This document shows positions 15,936-24,627 of a stretch of DNA of 36,805 nucleotides, piece by piece. Source of the DNA: Candidatus Krumholzibacteriaceae bacterium (lineage in GTDB: Archaea > Thermoproteota > Bathyarchaeia > TCS64); assembly GCA_035529515.1 (NCBI GenBank), contig DATKWN010000033.1, forward strand, positions 1 to 36,805, read 5' to 3'. The notes under the pieces were generated by a model, which saw nothing but the letters and a program-made list of their open reading frames with translations, searched no databases and was not told where the DNA came from. How positions within the stretch are numbered: position 1 is the stretch's first letter; each line of letters begins with the position of its first letter. A program made the position numbers and the translations under genes.

Positions 15936-16355
15936 TTACTCTTTGAGCCGGTAGCTGTGGCCCTCGGCCTTCTCCACGATGCCCTCCTCGACGAGCTCCA
16001 GCACCTTTTTACGCACCGTCACGCGGCTCCCCGTGCCTCGCTCCCGTTGCACTTCCCTGGTTAATGCGCTGATGTTCTGCGGCCCCTTTAACGCCAGCAC
16101 GTTGAGGATCACTCGGCTCACGTCGTCCCTGTGCTCCTCGTCTCGGGACAGGTGCCTGCGGACGCTCACCAGCCTCTGGATCAGCTTCAGCGGCTCGCTG
16201 TACAGTGCCGCCCCGACTCGGAGGTCCCCCATCACCTGAGCCAGCTCCGGGTACTGCCTGCTCTCCGTCAGCACCGCCTCCAGGTAGTCGAGGCGACGCA
16301 TCATGTACTCAAGCTTCTCGTTGACCTCCTTGAGGTCCCGCTCCAGGCCCGACAA
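15936..16355 (-). CDS. Putative transcription regulator: N-terminal coiled coil plus C-terminal winged helix-turn-helix
   Basis: 139 aa. The C-terminal ILNVLALKGPQNISALTREVQRERGTGSRVTVRKKVLELVEEGIVEKAEGHSYRL looks like an ArsR/MarR-type wHTH. It has the same orientation as paralog 6 and lies 108 nt upstream of it. Confidence 0.55.
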   Translation of the reverse strand: MSGLERDLKEVNEKLEYMMRRLDYLEAVLTESRQYPELAQVMGDLRVGAALYSEPLKLIQRLVSVRRHLSRDEEHRDDVSRVILNVLALKGPQNISALTREVQRERGTGSRVTVRKKVLELVEEGIVEKAEGHSYRLKE

Positions 16356-16410
16356 CGCTAGGAAGATATCCCCCGATCAGGTTATTGAGTCTAACCTAAA
16401 CCATAGGGGG

Positions 16411-16833
16411 CTAGAGGTCGGCCCTAAGGATCTCGATGGTGCCAGGCCGCATCAGCTGAAGCGTCTTCGGCTTGAACTCGAGGAGCGTGAACCCCTGGTC
16501 CTGGGGCTCCGCCCAGAAGCCCTGGATGAAGCCCACGCAGCCATGGATCTTGGCGCGGACGTCCTCGTCGTACACGAACCCCATCGCCCCCGTCATGCGG
16601 AGGCTCCCGCCGTCGTCACCCTCTCCGAGCAGGACGCAGACCTCCGTTTTCGGGTTCCTCATGAGCTGAGCAGCCTTGGCGTCGCTGGTGCCTGTCGCGT
16701 AGTAGAAGACGCCGTCGACGTAGATCAGCATCATAGGCCTGACGCGGGGCTGGCCGCCGTCGCAGGTGGCCACGTAGCTCACCGTCTCCTGGCCGAGGCT
16801 GCCTAAGGCCTCGTCGACGATCTTTTCTGACAT
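16411..16833 (-). CDS. Pyridoxamine 5'-phosphate oxidase-like FMN-binding split-barrel family protein
   Basis: 140 aa. The pattern ...VATCDGGQPRVRPMMLIYVDGVFYYATGTSDAKAAQLMRNPKTEVCVL... is typical of the PNPOx-like superfamily. Its function is not assignable. Confidence 0.55.
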   Translation of the reverse strand: MSEKIVDEALGSLGQETVSYVATCDGGQPRVRPMMLIYVDGVFYYATGTSDAKAAQLMRNPKTEVCVLLGEGDDGGSLRMTGAMGFVYDEDVRAKIHGCVGFIQGFWAEPQDQGFTLLEFKPKTLQLMRPGTIEILRADL

Positions 16834-16911
16834 GGATGGTTCAGAGTTGGAGGATGGTAAAAGCCTTGCCTCGGAGCCATACCCATATATCGGGAAGCCA
16901 CTAAAAATACG

Positions 16912-17952
16912 TTGATAACCATGAACATGGAGCTACTGAGAAGACTCTCCAACAGCTTCGGGCCCCCCGGCACCGAGGCCGAGCCCCGCATGATACTCCG
17001 CGAGGAGCTGGAGGAGTACGCCGACGAGGTCGTCGTCGACAAGCTGGGAAACATCTTCTTCCACCACAGGGGAGACGAGGGCGCCCCGGTCATCATGCTC
17101 GCCGCCCACATGGACGAGGTCGCGTTCCTCGTCACCTACATCGAGGACACGGGCTTCCTCAGGTTCCACACCTGGGGCATCGTGGACAGCGTCCTGCCGG
17201 GGCAGCGGGTGCTCCTCAAGGGCAAGAAGGGAGACCTCTACGGGGTGCTGGGCACCAAGCCGCCCCACGTCCTCAGCGACGAGGAGCGCAAGAAGATAAT
17301 ACCCGGCGACGAGCTCTTCCTAGACATAGGCGCCATGACCCGGGAGGAGGCCGAGAACAAGGGCGCCCACGTCGGGATGCTGGGAGTCTTCGACGTCGAG
17401 TTCAAGGACCTGGGAGACGGCTACATCTGGGGCAAGGCCTTCGACGACCGCGTAGGCTGCTACGTCATGGCCGAGGTCTTCAAGTGGGTCAAAGACGCCC
17501 CGTACAACGTCGTCGCCGTCGGCACGGTGCAGGAGGAGGTGGGGCTCAGGGGCAGCAAGACCGCCGCCTGGCAGGTGGACCCCGACTACGGGCTGGCCCT
17601 CGAGAACACCTTCGCCATGGATATGCCCGGGGTGCCGCCGCACAAGCAGAGCGCAGGCCTCAAGAAGGGACCGGTCGTGACGATCGCCGACCGGAGCGTC
17701 ATCGCCCACCCAAAGGTGCTGGGCAGCATCATGGAGGCATGCGAAGCCGAGAACATCCCCTACCAGTTCAAGAAGATACCAAGCGGCGGAACCGACGCCG
17801 GCAGCATACACCTGACCAAGGCGGGGATACCCAGCGGAACCGTCGCCAACCCCTGCCGCTACATACACGGACCATGCGGCGTCACCACCGTCGAGGACAT
17901 CGAGAACACCGTGAGGCTGGTGAAGGCGTTCATAAAACGCATCAGCAGCTAA
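16912..17952 (+). CDS. M42 family (TET/FrvX-like) aminopeptidase
   Basis: 346 aa with LSNSFGPPGTE, MLAAHMDEVAFLV, GKAFDDRVGC, VQEEVGLRGS and a GGTDAG block, typical of M42 peptidases. The likely start is ATG 16921 or 16927. Confidence 0.85.
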   Translation: MITMNMELLRRLSNSFGPPGTEAEPRMILREELEEYADEVVVDKLGNIFFHHRGDEGAPVIMLAAHMDEVAFLVTYIEDTGFLRFHTWGIVDSVLPGQRVLLKGKKGDLYGVLGTKPPHVLSDEERKKIIPGDELFLDIGAMTREEAENKGAHVGMLGVFDVEFKDLGDGYIWGKAFDDRVGCYVMAEVFKWVKDAPYNVVAVGTVQEEVGLRGSKTAAWQVDPDYGLALENTFAMDMPGVPPHKQSAGLKKGPVVTIADRSVIAHPKVLGSIMEACEAENIPYQFKKIPSGGTDAGSIHLTKAGIPSGTVANPCRYIHGPCGVTTVEDIENTVRLVKAFIKRISS

Positions 17953-17980
17953 CCCAAACAAATTTTTTGGAAAGGGGAGC

Positions 17981-19525
17981 CTACCGCTCCAGTATGAACT
18001 CCCTGCTCGGCGCCGTGGGCTTACCTATCCACTTCTTCAGCATGGTCTCACCCACCTTTGTGCCAACCTCCATGGGGTGCTGAGTCTCAAGCATTCTGAC
18101 CGCGTTCTCCAGCTTGGTGGCTGACTCGCTGTAGATCCTGAACATGGGCTTCCCCTCCTCGACCTTGTCCCCGGTCTTGGCGAAAAGCTTCAAGCCGGCG
18201 CCCTTGCTGCTCGGTGTGCCGGCGGACCTCGCGATCCGGACCAGGTCCCTGCTGTTGAACCACAGGACCCTGCCGTCCTTGGGCGCGGGCACGTCGTGGG
18301 TGTACTTGCCGGGCGCCAGATCCTCGATGGTCACATCGGGGTCGCCCCCCTGAGCCTCGATGATCTCCCTCATCTTCTCCAGAGCCTTGCCGTTGGCTAT
18401 GAGGCCGTGGGCCATCTGCTTACCGTTCTCGTGGCCCACCATGTCGAAGAGTATGCCCGCGAGGTTCGTGGCCTTGTCCACCAGATCGTGGGGGCCTCTG
18501 CCCATCAGGGTCTCCATGGCCTCCCTCGCCTCCAGTATGGGGCCTATGTTGTACCCTATGGGCTGGCTGCCCTCGGTCACGGCGCACTCGATGTGCATGT
18601 CGAAGCGGCTGCCGAGCTCTATGAAGTCGCTTGCCAGCTGCTCCGCCTCGCCCAGCGTATTGATCTTGGCGTCGATGCCCACCGGGATGTCTATAACCAC
18701 GTGGGTGCTGCCCATGGCCTTCTTCTTGCTCATGATGCTGGGCAGCAGCAGCGGGTCGATGCTGAGGGGGTACTCGATCCTGATGAACAGGTCGTCGGCG
18801 GGCGCCAGGTCGATGCTCCCGCCCCAGACTATGCAGGCGCCGACCCTCTCCACTATCTCCCTGATGCTGTCGAAGGACAGGTTGACCGGGGCCAACGCCT
18901 CCATGCGGTCAGCTGTTCCGGCGGGGCTGGTAATCGCCCTGCTGCTGCTCTTCGGTATGGTGTACCCCACTGAAGCGACTATAGGAGCGACTATGAGCGT
19001 CGTCTTATCGCCTGGGACGCCGCCGATGCTGTGCTTGTCAAGTATGGGGCTGCGCCCGAAGTCGATGGTCTTGCCGCTCCTTATCATGCTGCGGCTGAGC
19101 GCCTCAACCTCTTCCATGCTGACGCCGTGTATGTGCAACGCGGTGACGAAGGCCGCGAGCTCTATGTCACTCAGGTGCCGCTCCACCGTGTCCCCGACGA
19201 TCCTCGCTATCTTCCATGGCGTCAGACGCTGTCCGTTGACCTTCTCCCTGATGTGGTCGAGGCTCTCCGGGCGCCTGGCAGGCTCGACGCTTACTACTCC
19301 GCCCTTTGATACGCCGAGTCTATGGGTCACCTCCCTGTATAGACCCAGATCGCCGGGGACGTCCTCGGTGCTTATGTTCAGGATGCATATTACATGATTC
19401 TTCTTGTACCTCAGGAAGATGCGGTCGCTGCTTATGACGCCCAGGTTAGCTGCGTCCTGCTTGTTCATGACCACGATTAGGGGTCCGCCTGCCTCGATCT
19501 CAAGGGGGACTGCCTTCAGCTGCAT
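17981..19525 (-). CDS. deoA: AMP phosphorylase (thymidine phosphorylase family, archaeal DeoA type)
   Basis: Thymidine-phosphorylase-like core (DKHSIGGVPGDKTTLIV, SSRAITSPAGTADRME) with an extra N-terminal domain. I place the start at ATG 19525 (MQLKAVPLEIEAGGP...), which is preceded by GAGGAG, rather than at the track start 19594. It is adjacent to RuBisCO and R15P isomerase. Confidence 0.85.
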   Translation of the reverse strand: MQLKAVPLEIEAGGPLIVVMNKQDAANLGVISSDRIFLRYKKNHVICILNISTEDVPGDLGLYREVTHRLGVSKGGVVSVEPARRPESLDHIREKVNGQRLTPWKIARIVGDTVERHLSDIELAAFVTALHIHGVSMEEVEALSRSMIRSGKTIDFGRSPILDKHSIGGVPGDKTTLIVAPIVASVGYTIPKSSSRAITSPAGTADRMEALAPVNLSFDSIREIVERVGACIVWGGSIDLAPADDLFIRIEYPLSIDPLLLPSIMSKKKAMGSTHVVIDIPVGIDAKINTLGEAEQLASDFIELGSRFDMHIECAVTEGSQPIGYNIGPILEAREAMETLMGRGPHDLVDKATNLAGILFDMVGHENGKQMAHGLIANGKALEKMREIIEAQGGDPDVTIEDLAPGKYTHDVPAPKDGRVLWFNSRDLVRIARSAGTPSSKGAGLKLFAKTGDKVEEGKPMFRIYSESATKLENAVRMLETQHPMEVGTKVGETMLKKWIGKPTAPSREFILER

Positions 19526-19608
19526 ACGGCTACTCCTCAGAACCAAGGAATATTTGTTGAGTAAAGGTAAAAACATACTGGAACAATAACGCATATGGAG
19601 GACCTCAA

Positions 19609-20835
19609 ATGCGTTACATCGACTTCGTAGACCTCAAGTACGAGCCAAAGGAGACGGACCTCGTCTGCGAGTTCCACGTCGAGCCTCTGAACCAGCCGCT
19701 GGAAGTCATTGCGGGCGGGGTGGCTGCCGAGAGCAGCGTGGGAACCTGGACGGAGCTATCCACCGAGAAGCCCTACATGCAGAAACACGCCGCCAAGGTG
19801 TATAGCATCGAGGGAAACGAGGTCAAGATAGCGTACCCGATAGAGCTCTTCGAGCCGGGGAACATGCCTAACATACTTAGCAGCGTCGCGGGCAACGTCT
19901 TCGGGCTGGAGGACATAGAGAACCTGAGGCTCAACGACATCCACTTCCCCAAGGAGCTCGTGAAGAGCTTCCAGGGGCCGAGGTACGGCGTACAAGGCGT
20001 CAGGGATATAACCGGCATAAGGGACAGGCCGCTCGTGGGCACCATAATCAAGCCCAAGCTGGGCCTCGTCACGGCGGACCACGCCCAGGTGGCCTACGAG
20101 GCCTGGAGCGGCGGCTGCGACGTGGTGAAGGACGACGAGAACCTGAGCAGCCAGAAGTTCAACCCCTTCGAGGACCGCGTTGTGCAGACCCTCGAGGCCA
20201 GGGATAAGGCCGAGTCCGAGACCGGCGAGAGGAAGGTGTACCTCGTCAACGTCACCGCCGAGATGGAGGAGATGAAGCGCAGGGCCCAGTACGTGGAGGA
20301 CCACGGGGGCAGGTACATGATGATCGACATCCTCACCACGGGATGGAGCAGCCTCCAGGCCATGAGGGACGAGGGATTCAACCTCGTCATCCACGCCCAC
20401 AGGGCGGGCCACGCAGCCTTCACCAGGAGCCGCGTTCATGGCATCAGCATGGTGGTCCTGGTGAGGGTGGCGCGGCTGCTGGGCGTAGACCAGCTCCACG
20501 TGGGCACAGCCGTGGGCAAGATGGCGGAGACCGAGGAGGAGGTCAGAGCCAACATAGCGGCTTGCAAGGAGCCCATGCACGGCGTACGCCCTGTGCTGCC
20601 CGTGGCCTCAGGCGGCCTCCACCCAGGGATGGTGCCAAGGCTTGTAGAGATATTCGGCGACGACACCGTCATCCAGGCAGGAGGAGGCATACATGGGCAC
20701 CCCGACGGAACCGTGAAGGGGGCCACAGCCATGAGGCAGGCAGTAGACGCGGCCACTCGGGGCATAAGGCTGGAGGACTACGCGGAGGACCACGTGGAGC
20801 TTTCAAGGGCCCTAAAGAAGTGGCCCGTGGTCTAG
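19609..20835 (+). CDS. rbcL: Type III ribulose-1,5-bisphosphate carboxylase/oxygenase large subunit
   Basis: 408 aa. All canonical catalytic blocks are visible: AAESSVGTWT, GNVFG, GTIIKPKLGL, VKDDENL (carbamyl-Lys, Asp, Glu), HAHRAG, LHVGTAVGKM, ASGGLHPG and GGGIHGHP. A GGAGG RBS lies 10 nt upstream. Confidence 0.92.
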   Translation: MRYIDFVDLKYEPKETDLVCEFHVEPLNQPLEVIAGGVAAESSVGTWTELSTEKPYMQKHAAKVYSIEGNEVKIAYPIELFEPGNMPNILSSVAGNVFGLEDIENLRLNDIHFPKELVKSFQGPRYGVQGVRDITGIRDRPLVGTIIKPKLGLVTADHAQVAYEAWSGGCDVVKDDENLSSQKFNPFEDRVVQTLEARDKAESETGERKVYLVNVTAEMEEMKRRAQYVEDHGGRYMMIDILTTGWSSLQAMRDEGFNLVIHAHRAGHAAFTRSRVHGISMVVLVRVARLLGVDQLHVGTAVGKMAETEEEVRANIAACKEPMHGVRPVLPVASGGLHPGMVPRLVEIFGDDTVIQAGGGIHGHPDGTVKGATAMRQAVDAATRGIRLEDYAEDHVELSRALKKWPVV

Positions 20836-20838
20836 ACG

Positions 20839-21747
20839 CTACGCCAGTATCCAGGGGTAGTGCCTCTGGACAGCCTCCAGGATGCTGTGGGGACTGATGA
20901 TCCCCTCCTCTGTTATAATCCCGTGGATGTAGTCCCTCCGGGTCACGTCGAAGGCGGGGTTCCTGATCTTCAGGCCCTCCGGGGGGGCGTCCCATAACTC
21001 GTCGGTGTTCCTCTCCTCGATGGCCTCGAACTCGCCGTGGATGGTCACGGGGTCGAACTTGAGGAGGGTACATAACACGTAGAAGGGTATCCTTGCCTCC
21101 TGGGCCGCGAGCGCGACCTGGCTTGTGCCGATCTTATTTATCACGTTTCCCTCGCTCGTGACTGCGTCGCTGCCCACCAACACGAAGTCGATCTCCTTCA
21201 TGAAGTGCCTCGCGGCGCTGTCCACTATCATGGTCGTGTCGATGCCGGCCTCAACCAGCTCGCGGGCGGTGATCCTGCCCTGGTACTTGGGGCGCGTCTC
21301 AGTCTGTATCACGCGGAACCTCTTCCCAGACTCGTGGGCCCTGATGAGGGTCTCCGTCACGGCGCTGCTGTGACAGTGCGTGAACACGGTGTCGCCGTCC
21401 CTCACCCTCCTGGAGCCGATCTCCACGATGTTTTTCCTGGCCTTATCATAGAACTCGAGTACCTCGCTTGACGCCTTCTCGACCTGGGCGCTGAACTTTT
21501 CGAAGGACGTCCATTTCCCCGAGAGGTTCTTCTGGAGGTACCTCAAGCCGTTCCGCATCATCGGCTCGGTCTCCCTGGTCTCGACGAGCTTCTTAACGCC
21601 CTCCGCCAAGACTCGCTGGGCGGTGCTCTGACTGTCCGCCGCGAGGAGATCGTCCCTAAGGGACTCCACCGCCCTGACTGCTATGCTCGTGGCGCCTTGT
21701 ATCTCGAGGTTCTTGATTCGCCGTGCAGTCTCGTCTATCTTGTCCAA
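20839..21747 (-). CDS. e2b2: Ribose-1,5-bisphosphate isomerase (eIF-2B alpha/beta/delta-like family)
   Basis: 302 aa with an eIF2B-like fold signature (LEIQGATSIAVRA, VFTHCHSS, VLVGSDAVTSEGNVINKIGTSQVALAA). Assigning it to R15P isomerase rather than MtnA or a translation factor rests on its adjacency to deoA and rbcL. TTG start. Confidence 0.75.
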   Translation of the reverse strand: MDKIDETARRIKNLEIQGATSIAVRAVESLRDDLLAADSQSTAQRVLAEGVKKLVETRETEPMMRNGLRYLQKNLSGKWTSFEKFSAQVEKASSEVLEFYDKARKNIVEIGSRRVRDGDTVFTHCHSSAVTETLIRAHESGKRFRVIQTETRPKYQGRITARELVEAGIDTTMIVDSAARHFMKEIDFVLVGSDAVTSEGNVINKIGTSQVALAAQEARIPFYVLCTLLKFDPVTIHGEFEAIEERNTDELWDAPPEGLKIRNPAFDVTRRDYIHGIITEEGIISPHSILEAVQRHYPWILA

Positions 21748-21874
21748 AACTGCTCACATGATAGATTCTTTACTTTGTTTTTAAGGCTTGGCTGTAGTTT
21801 AAAGCTACTAATTTTTTAGTTGACATGTGTATTATTGGGGAGCACCAAGGAGCACGAGGGTATTTTCAGTAACC

Positions 21875-21881
21875 TTTATAA
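21875..21881 (+). promoter_or_regulatory. TATA box candidate for tfb
   Basis: TTTATAA lies in the divergent e2b2/tfb spacer, 55-73 nt upstream of the candidate tfb starts. Confidence 0.4.
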
Positions 21882-21935
21882 GGTGCCGTATAGAAGATCG
21901 ATACACGATATGGGTAAAATACCCATAAATCTTCT

Positions 21936-22913
21936 TTGGTGATAACGGAAGAGATGAAAGAAAGAATGGACCTGCAAGACGAGACCAGCTGCCCCGTATG
22001 CGGCGGCACGAGGATAATAAGCGATAACATTACTGGGGAGAGGGTTTGCGGCGACTGTGGGGTAGTGCTCACCGAGACGGTGATGAACACGGGCCCAGAG
22101 TACAGGGCGTTCAACCTGCAGGAGGCAAACGACCGGAGACGGACAGGCTCGGGTTACAGCTACAGCATATACGACAAGGGCCTCAGCACAGTCTTCAAGG
22201 GCGACAGGGACGCCCAGGGCAACAGGCTCGACCAGGAGACCCAGAGACGCATGAAGCGACTCCAGAGACAGGACAACCGCAGCAAGGTCAACGAGACCCA
22301 CACACGGAACCTCAGCATCGCCATGGCGGAGCTCGATAGGATGAGCTCGGAGCTGCACCTGCCTAAAAACGTGAAGGAGCAAGCGGCCTTCATCTACAGG
22401 CGCGCCCTCAAGGAAGACCTCATCAGGGGCCGCAGCATAGACGCCTTCGTGGCCGCGAGCACATACGCCGCGTGCAGGCTCCTAAAGGTGCCCAGGCCGC
22501 TTAAGATGGTATCGAAGGCGAGCATCAGGGAGCACAGCGAGGTAGCAATGACGTACCGGCTTCTCATCAGGGAGCTCAACATCAAGCCGCCGGTGGACGG
22601 GCCCTTCAAGTTCGTGCCCAGCATCGCGTCGAAGCTGGGGGTGAAGCAGCCCACGGAGAGGCTGGCCGTGGAGATTCTCCGGGAGGCCGACAAGAAGAAG
22701 GGGCTGGCCGGCAAGGACCCCAGGGGCCTCGCGGCGGCCGCCCTATACATGGCGTGTCAGGAGAACAACGACAGGCGCGTCCAGCGGGTGATCGCCGAGG
22801 CGGCTGGCACCACAGAGGTGACCCTGCGCAACAGGTACCGCGGCCTCAAAGAAGTGCTGAACGACGAGCTTCCGTCCATCGACTATCAGGTGCCCGTCGC
22901 GACAGTACAATAG
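21936..22913 (+). CDS. tfb: Transcription initiation factor IIB (TFB)
   Basis: N-terminal Zn-ribbon (CPVCGG...CGDCG), then two cyclin-like repeats (AFIYRRALKEDLIRGRS... and LAAAALYMACQEN...). The likely start is ATG 21954. Confidence 0.92.
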   Translation: MVITEEMKERMDLQDETSCPVCGGTRIISDNITGERVCGDCGVVLTETVMNTGPEYRAFNLQEANDRRRTGSGYSYSIYDKGLSTVFKGDRDAQGNRLDQETQRRMKRLQRQDNRSKVNETHTRNLSIAMAELDRMSSELHLPKNVKEQAAFIYRRALKEDLIRGRSIDAFVAASTYAACRLLKVPRPLKMVSKASIREHSEVAMTYRLLIRELNIKPPVDGPFKFVPSIASKLGVKQPTERLAVEILREADKKKGLAGKDPRGLAAAALYMACQENNDRRVQRVIAEAAGTTEVTLRNRYRGLKEVLNDELPSIDYQVPVATVQ

Positions 22914-22956
22914 GCTCTGGAAAGTCTTTTCACATAAATCCCTTTTTCATGTCTTT

Positions 22957-23196
22957 ATGTTCGGGGAGACCCCCCGGGAGGGGTCTCGGTTCTACTTGAT
23001 GATGGCCTATCTGGCCCCCGGGTTTCCGCGAGGGCATCATCTCCCCCATACTCGCCCCTACCTCGGCTACGTTTATGAAGGCCGCGGCGCAGAGGCGTCT
23101 GTGTTGACTGTCTCAGCGGCCCTGTTGTTGACAGCGTTTCTCTCCGTTATAATGGTGAGGAAGAGAGAGGTGATCAGAAGAGCTCAACGGGCTTGA
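22957..23196 (+). CDS. Possible small membrane protein (hypothetical)
   Basis: 79-aa ORF with GC-rich third positions like real genes here and a C-terminal TM-like stretch (VLTVSAALLLTAFLSVIMV) followed by RKREVIRR. No recognisable family. It could be a spurious ORF in a 470-nt spacer. Confidence 0.25.
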   Translation: MFGETPREGSRFYLMMAYLAPGFPRGHHLPHTRPYLGYVYEGRGAEASVLTVSAALLLTAFLSVIMVRKREVIRRAQRA

Positions 23197-23387
23197 GGCC
23201 TACACCCAATGGTTGGTATTGGTCCAGTGTTGGCTGTTTATTGGATTATTTTTGGTTGTTTTTTGGTGGATGCCCTTTTTTATGGCGTGTTTTTTGAAAT
23301 AAGCCGTCTTTCAGCCCTTTTACAAAGAGTTATATGTTTTAATGGTGCTCCAAGGGGTATGCGCTCCTTTTCACGCTGTATGCCCTC

Positions 23388-24200
23388 ATGATTGCGTTGG
23401 GGTCCGGCTTTCTGGGCGCGCTGCTCGGGCTGGGCGGCGGCGTGATAATGGTGCCTCTTATGGTGTTTCTTCTAGGCGTCCCGATCCACATAGCCTCGGG
23501 GGCCAGCATCGTGGCCGTCGTGGCAACGAGCAGCGCCTCCGCCTCCGTCTTCGTCAGGGACGAGGTCACCAACATGCGGCTGGGCATGTTTCTGGAGCTG
23601 GCAACGACGCTGGGGGCGTTGACGGGGGCGAGCTTCGTGGCCATGGCTGCGGAGTCGCTGCTGAAGACAGTGTTCGGGTTGAGCCTCATCTACGCGTCCA
23701 CAGTGATGTGGTACCAGTTGAGGAACAACAGGCGCAGCTGGGTTAACAAGCCCAACGACTGGCTGGCGGAGAGGCTGAGCATAGGCGGCTCGTACTATGA
23801 CGAGGCCCGTGGAGAGCAGATCAGCTACGGCGTCACGAGTACCCTGGGCACCTTCGGCGTCAGCTACGTCGCGGGCATCGTCTCCGGGCTTCTCGGAATC
23901 GGCGGAGGCGGCATCAAGGTGCCTGCCATGAACGTGGTGAGCAGCGTCCCCATGAAGGTGGCGGTGGCCACCAGCAACTTCATGATCGGCGTCACGGCGG
24001 CAGCCAGCGCACTGGTGTACATCAGGCACGGGTTCTGCGACGGCTTCGTGACAGCCCCGGTGGTGCTGGGAACCCTGGTAGGCTCATATAGGGGGGCAAG
24101 GATGACGGGGAGACTCAGGGGCGTGTTTCTCAAGCGGGTGTTCGTCGCCGTGTTGCTACTGCTGGGTCTCAGGATGATCGCGTCGGGGGTGGGCCTCTGA
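23388..24200 (+). CDS. TauE/SafE-family anion (sulfite/sulfoacetate-type) exporter-like permease
   Basis: 270 aa and polytopic. Two internal repeats each open with a Gly-rich motif (GALLGLGGGVIMVP and GLLGIGGGGIKVP), typical of TauE/SafE (DUF81) proteins. Confidence 0.7.
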   Translation: MIALGSGFLGALLGLGGGVIMVPLMVFLLGVPIHIASGASIVAVVATSSASASVFVRDEVTNMRLGMFLELATTLGALTGASFVAMAAESLLKTVFGLSLIYASTVMWYQLRNNRRSWVNKPNDWLAERLSIGGSYYDEARGEQISYGVTSTLGTFGVSYVAGIVSGLLGIGGGGIKVPAMNVVSSVPMKVAVATSNFMIGVTAAASALVYIRHGFCDGFVTAPVVLGTLVGSYRGARMTGRLRGVFLKRVFVAVLLLLGLRMIASGVGL

Positions 24201-24627
24201 TGGATAACGTCCGCTTCCTGGAACTCATGGTGTCGAGGCTCCTCAGGACGGGCGTCCTTGTTCTCGGCCTCCACCCTAACGAGGTCGTTCCCTCCTGATA
24301 GGAACCCTTCGATTATGGGTTCGTACTTGCTACCCTTCTTGGTTCTTTCATGCTTCTCGGCTACAGGCTTCAACTCGAAACTTATTCTACCCATAGCTCC
24401 AGTCGGTTTCGTGTGCTAACACACGCTAGAGCACAACAATTTTATGTTATTCTTAAATTCAAGGGCAAAGGGTTTCCTGAAGAACGGAGAGCAACTGCAT
24501 ATAAATTATTATTAAATCTATGTGTCTGTGGGATCCGTTTAAAAAAATAGGGGAAAGCATTTACTTAAGTTTAAGGTCCTCGATGAAGGTAGATATCTCC
24601 TCGATGACCTTCAGCTTTTCGTTCGGT

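Noticed and set aside
22990-23060. Possible C/D-box sRNA, suggested by TGATGA at about 22997-23002 and a GATGATG on the opposite strand at about 23030.
   Set aside because: No CTGA D or D' boxes occur at the required spacing on either strand, and there is no terminal stem.
23864-24394. 176-aa minus-strand ORF as a real gene.
   Set aside because: Only its first 64 codons lie outside the TauE-like gene. The rest runs antisense through a well-supported permease gene and translates to low-complexity sequence. It is kept only as a possible truncated gene remnant at the compositional boundary.
24560-24627. Short minus-strand reading frame just downstream of kbl (...NEKLKVIEEISTFIEDLKLK-stop).
   Set aside because: It has no start codon and only about 20 codons. 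It may be a fragment of a lost gene but cannot be supported.
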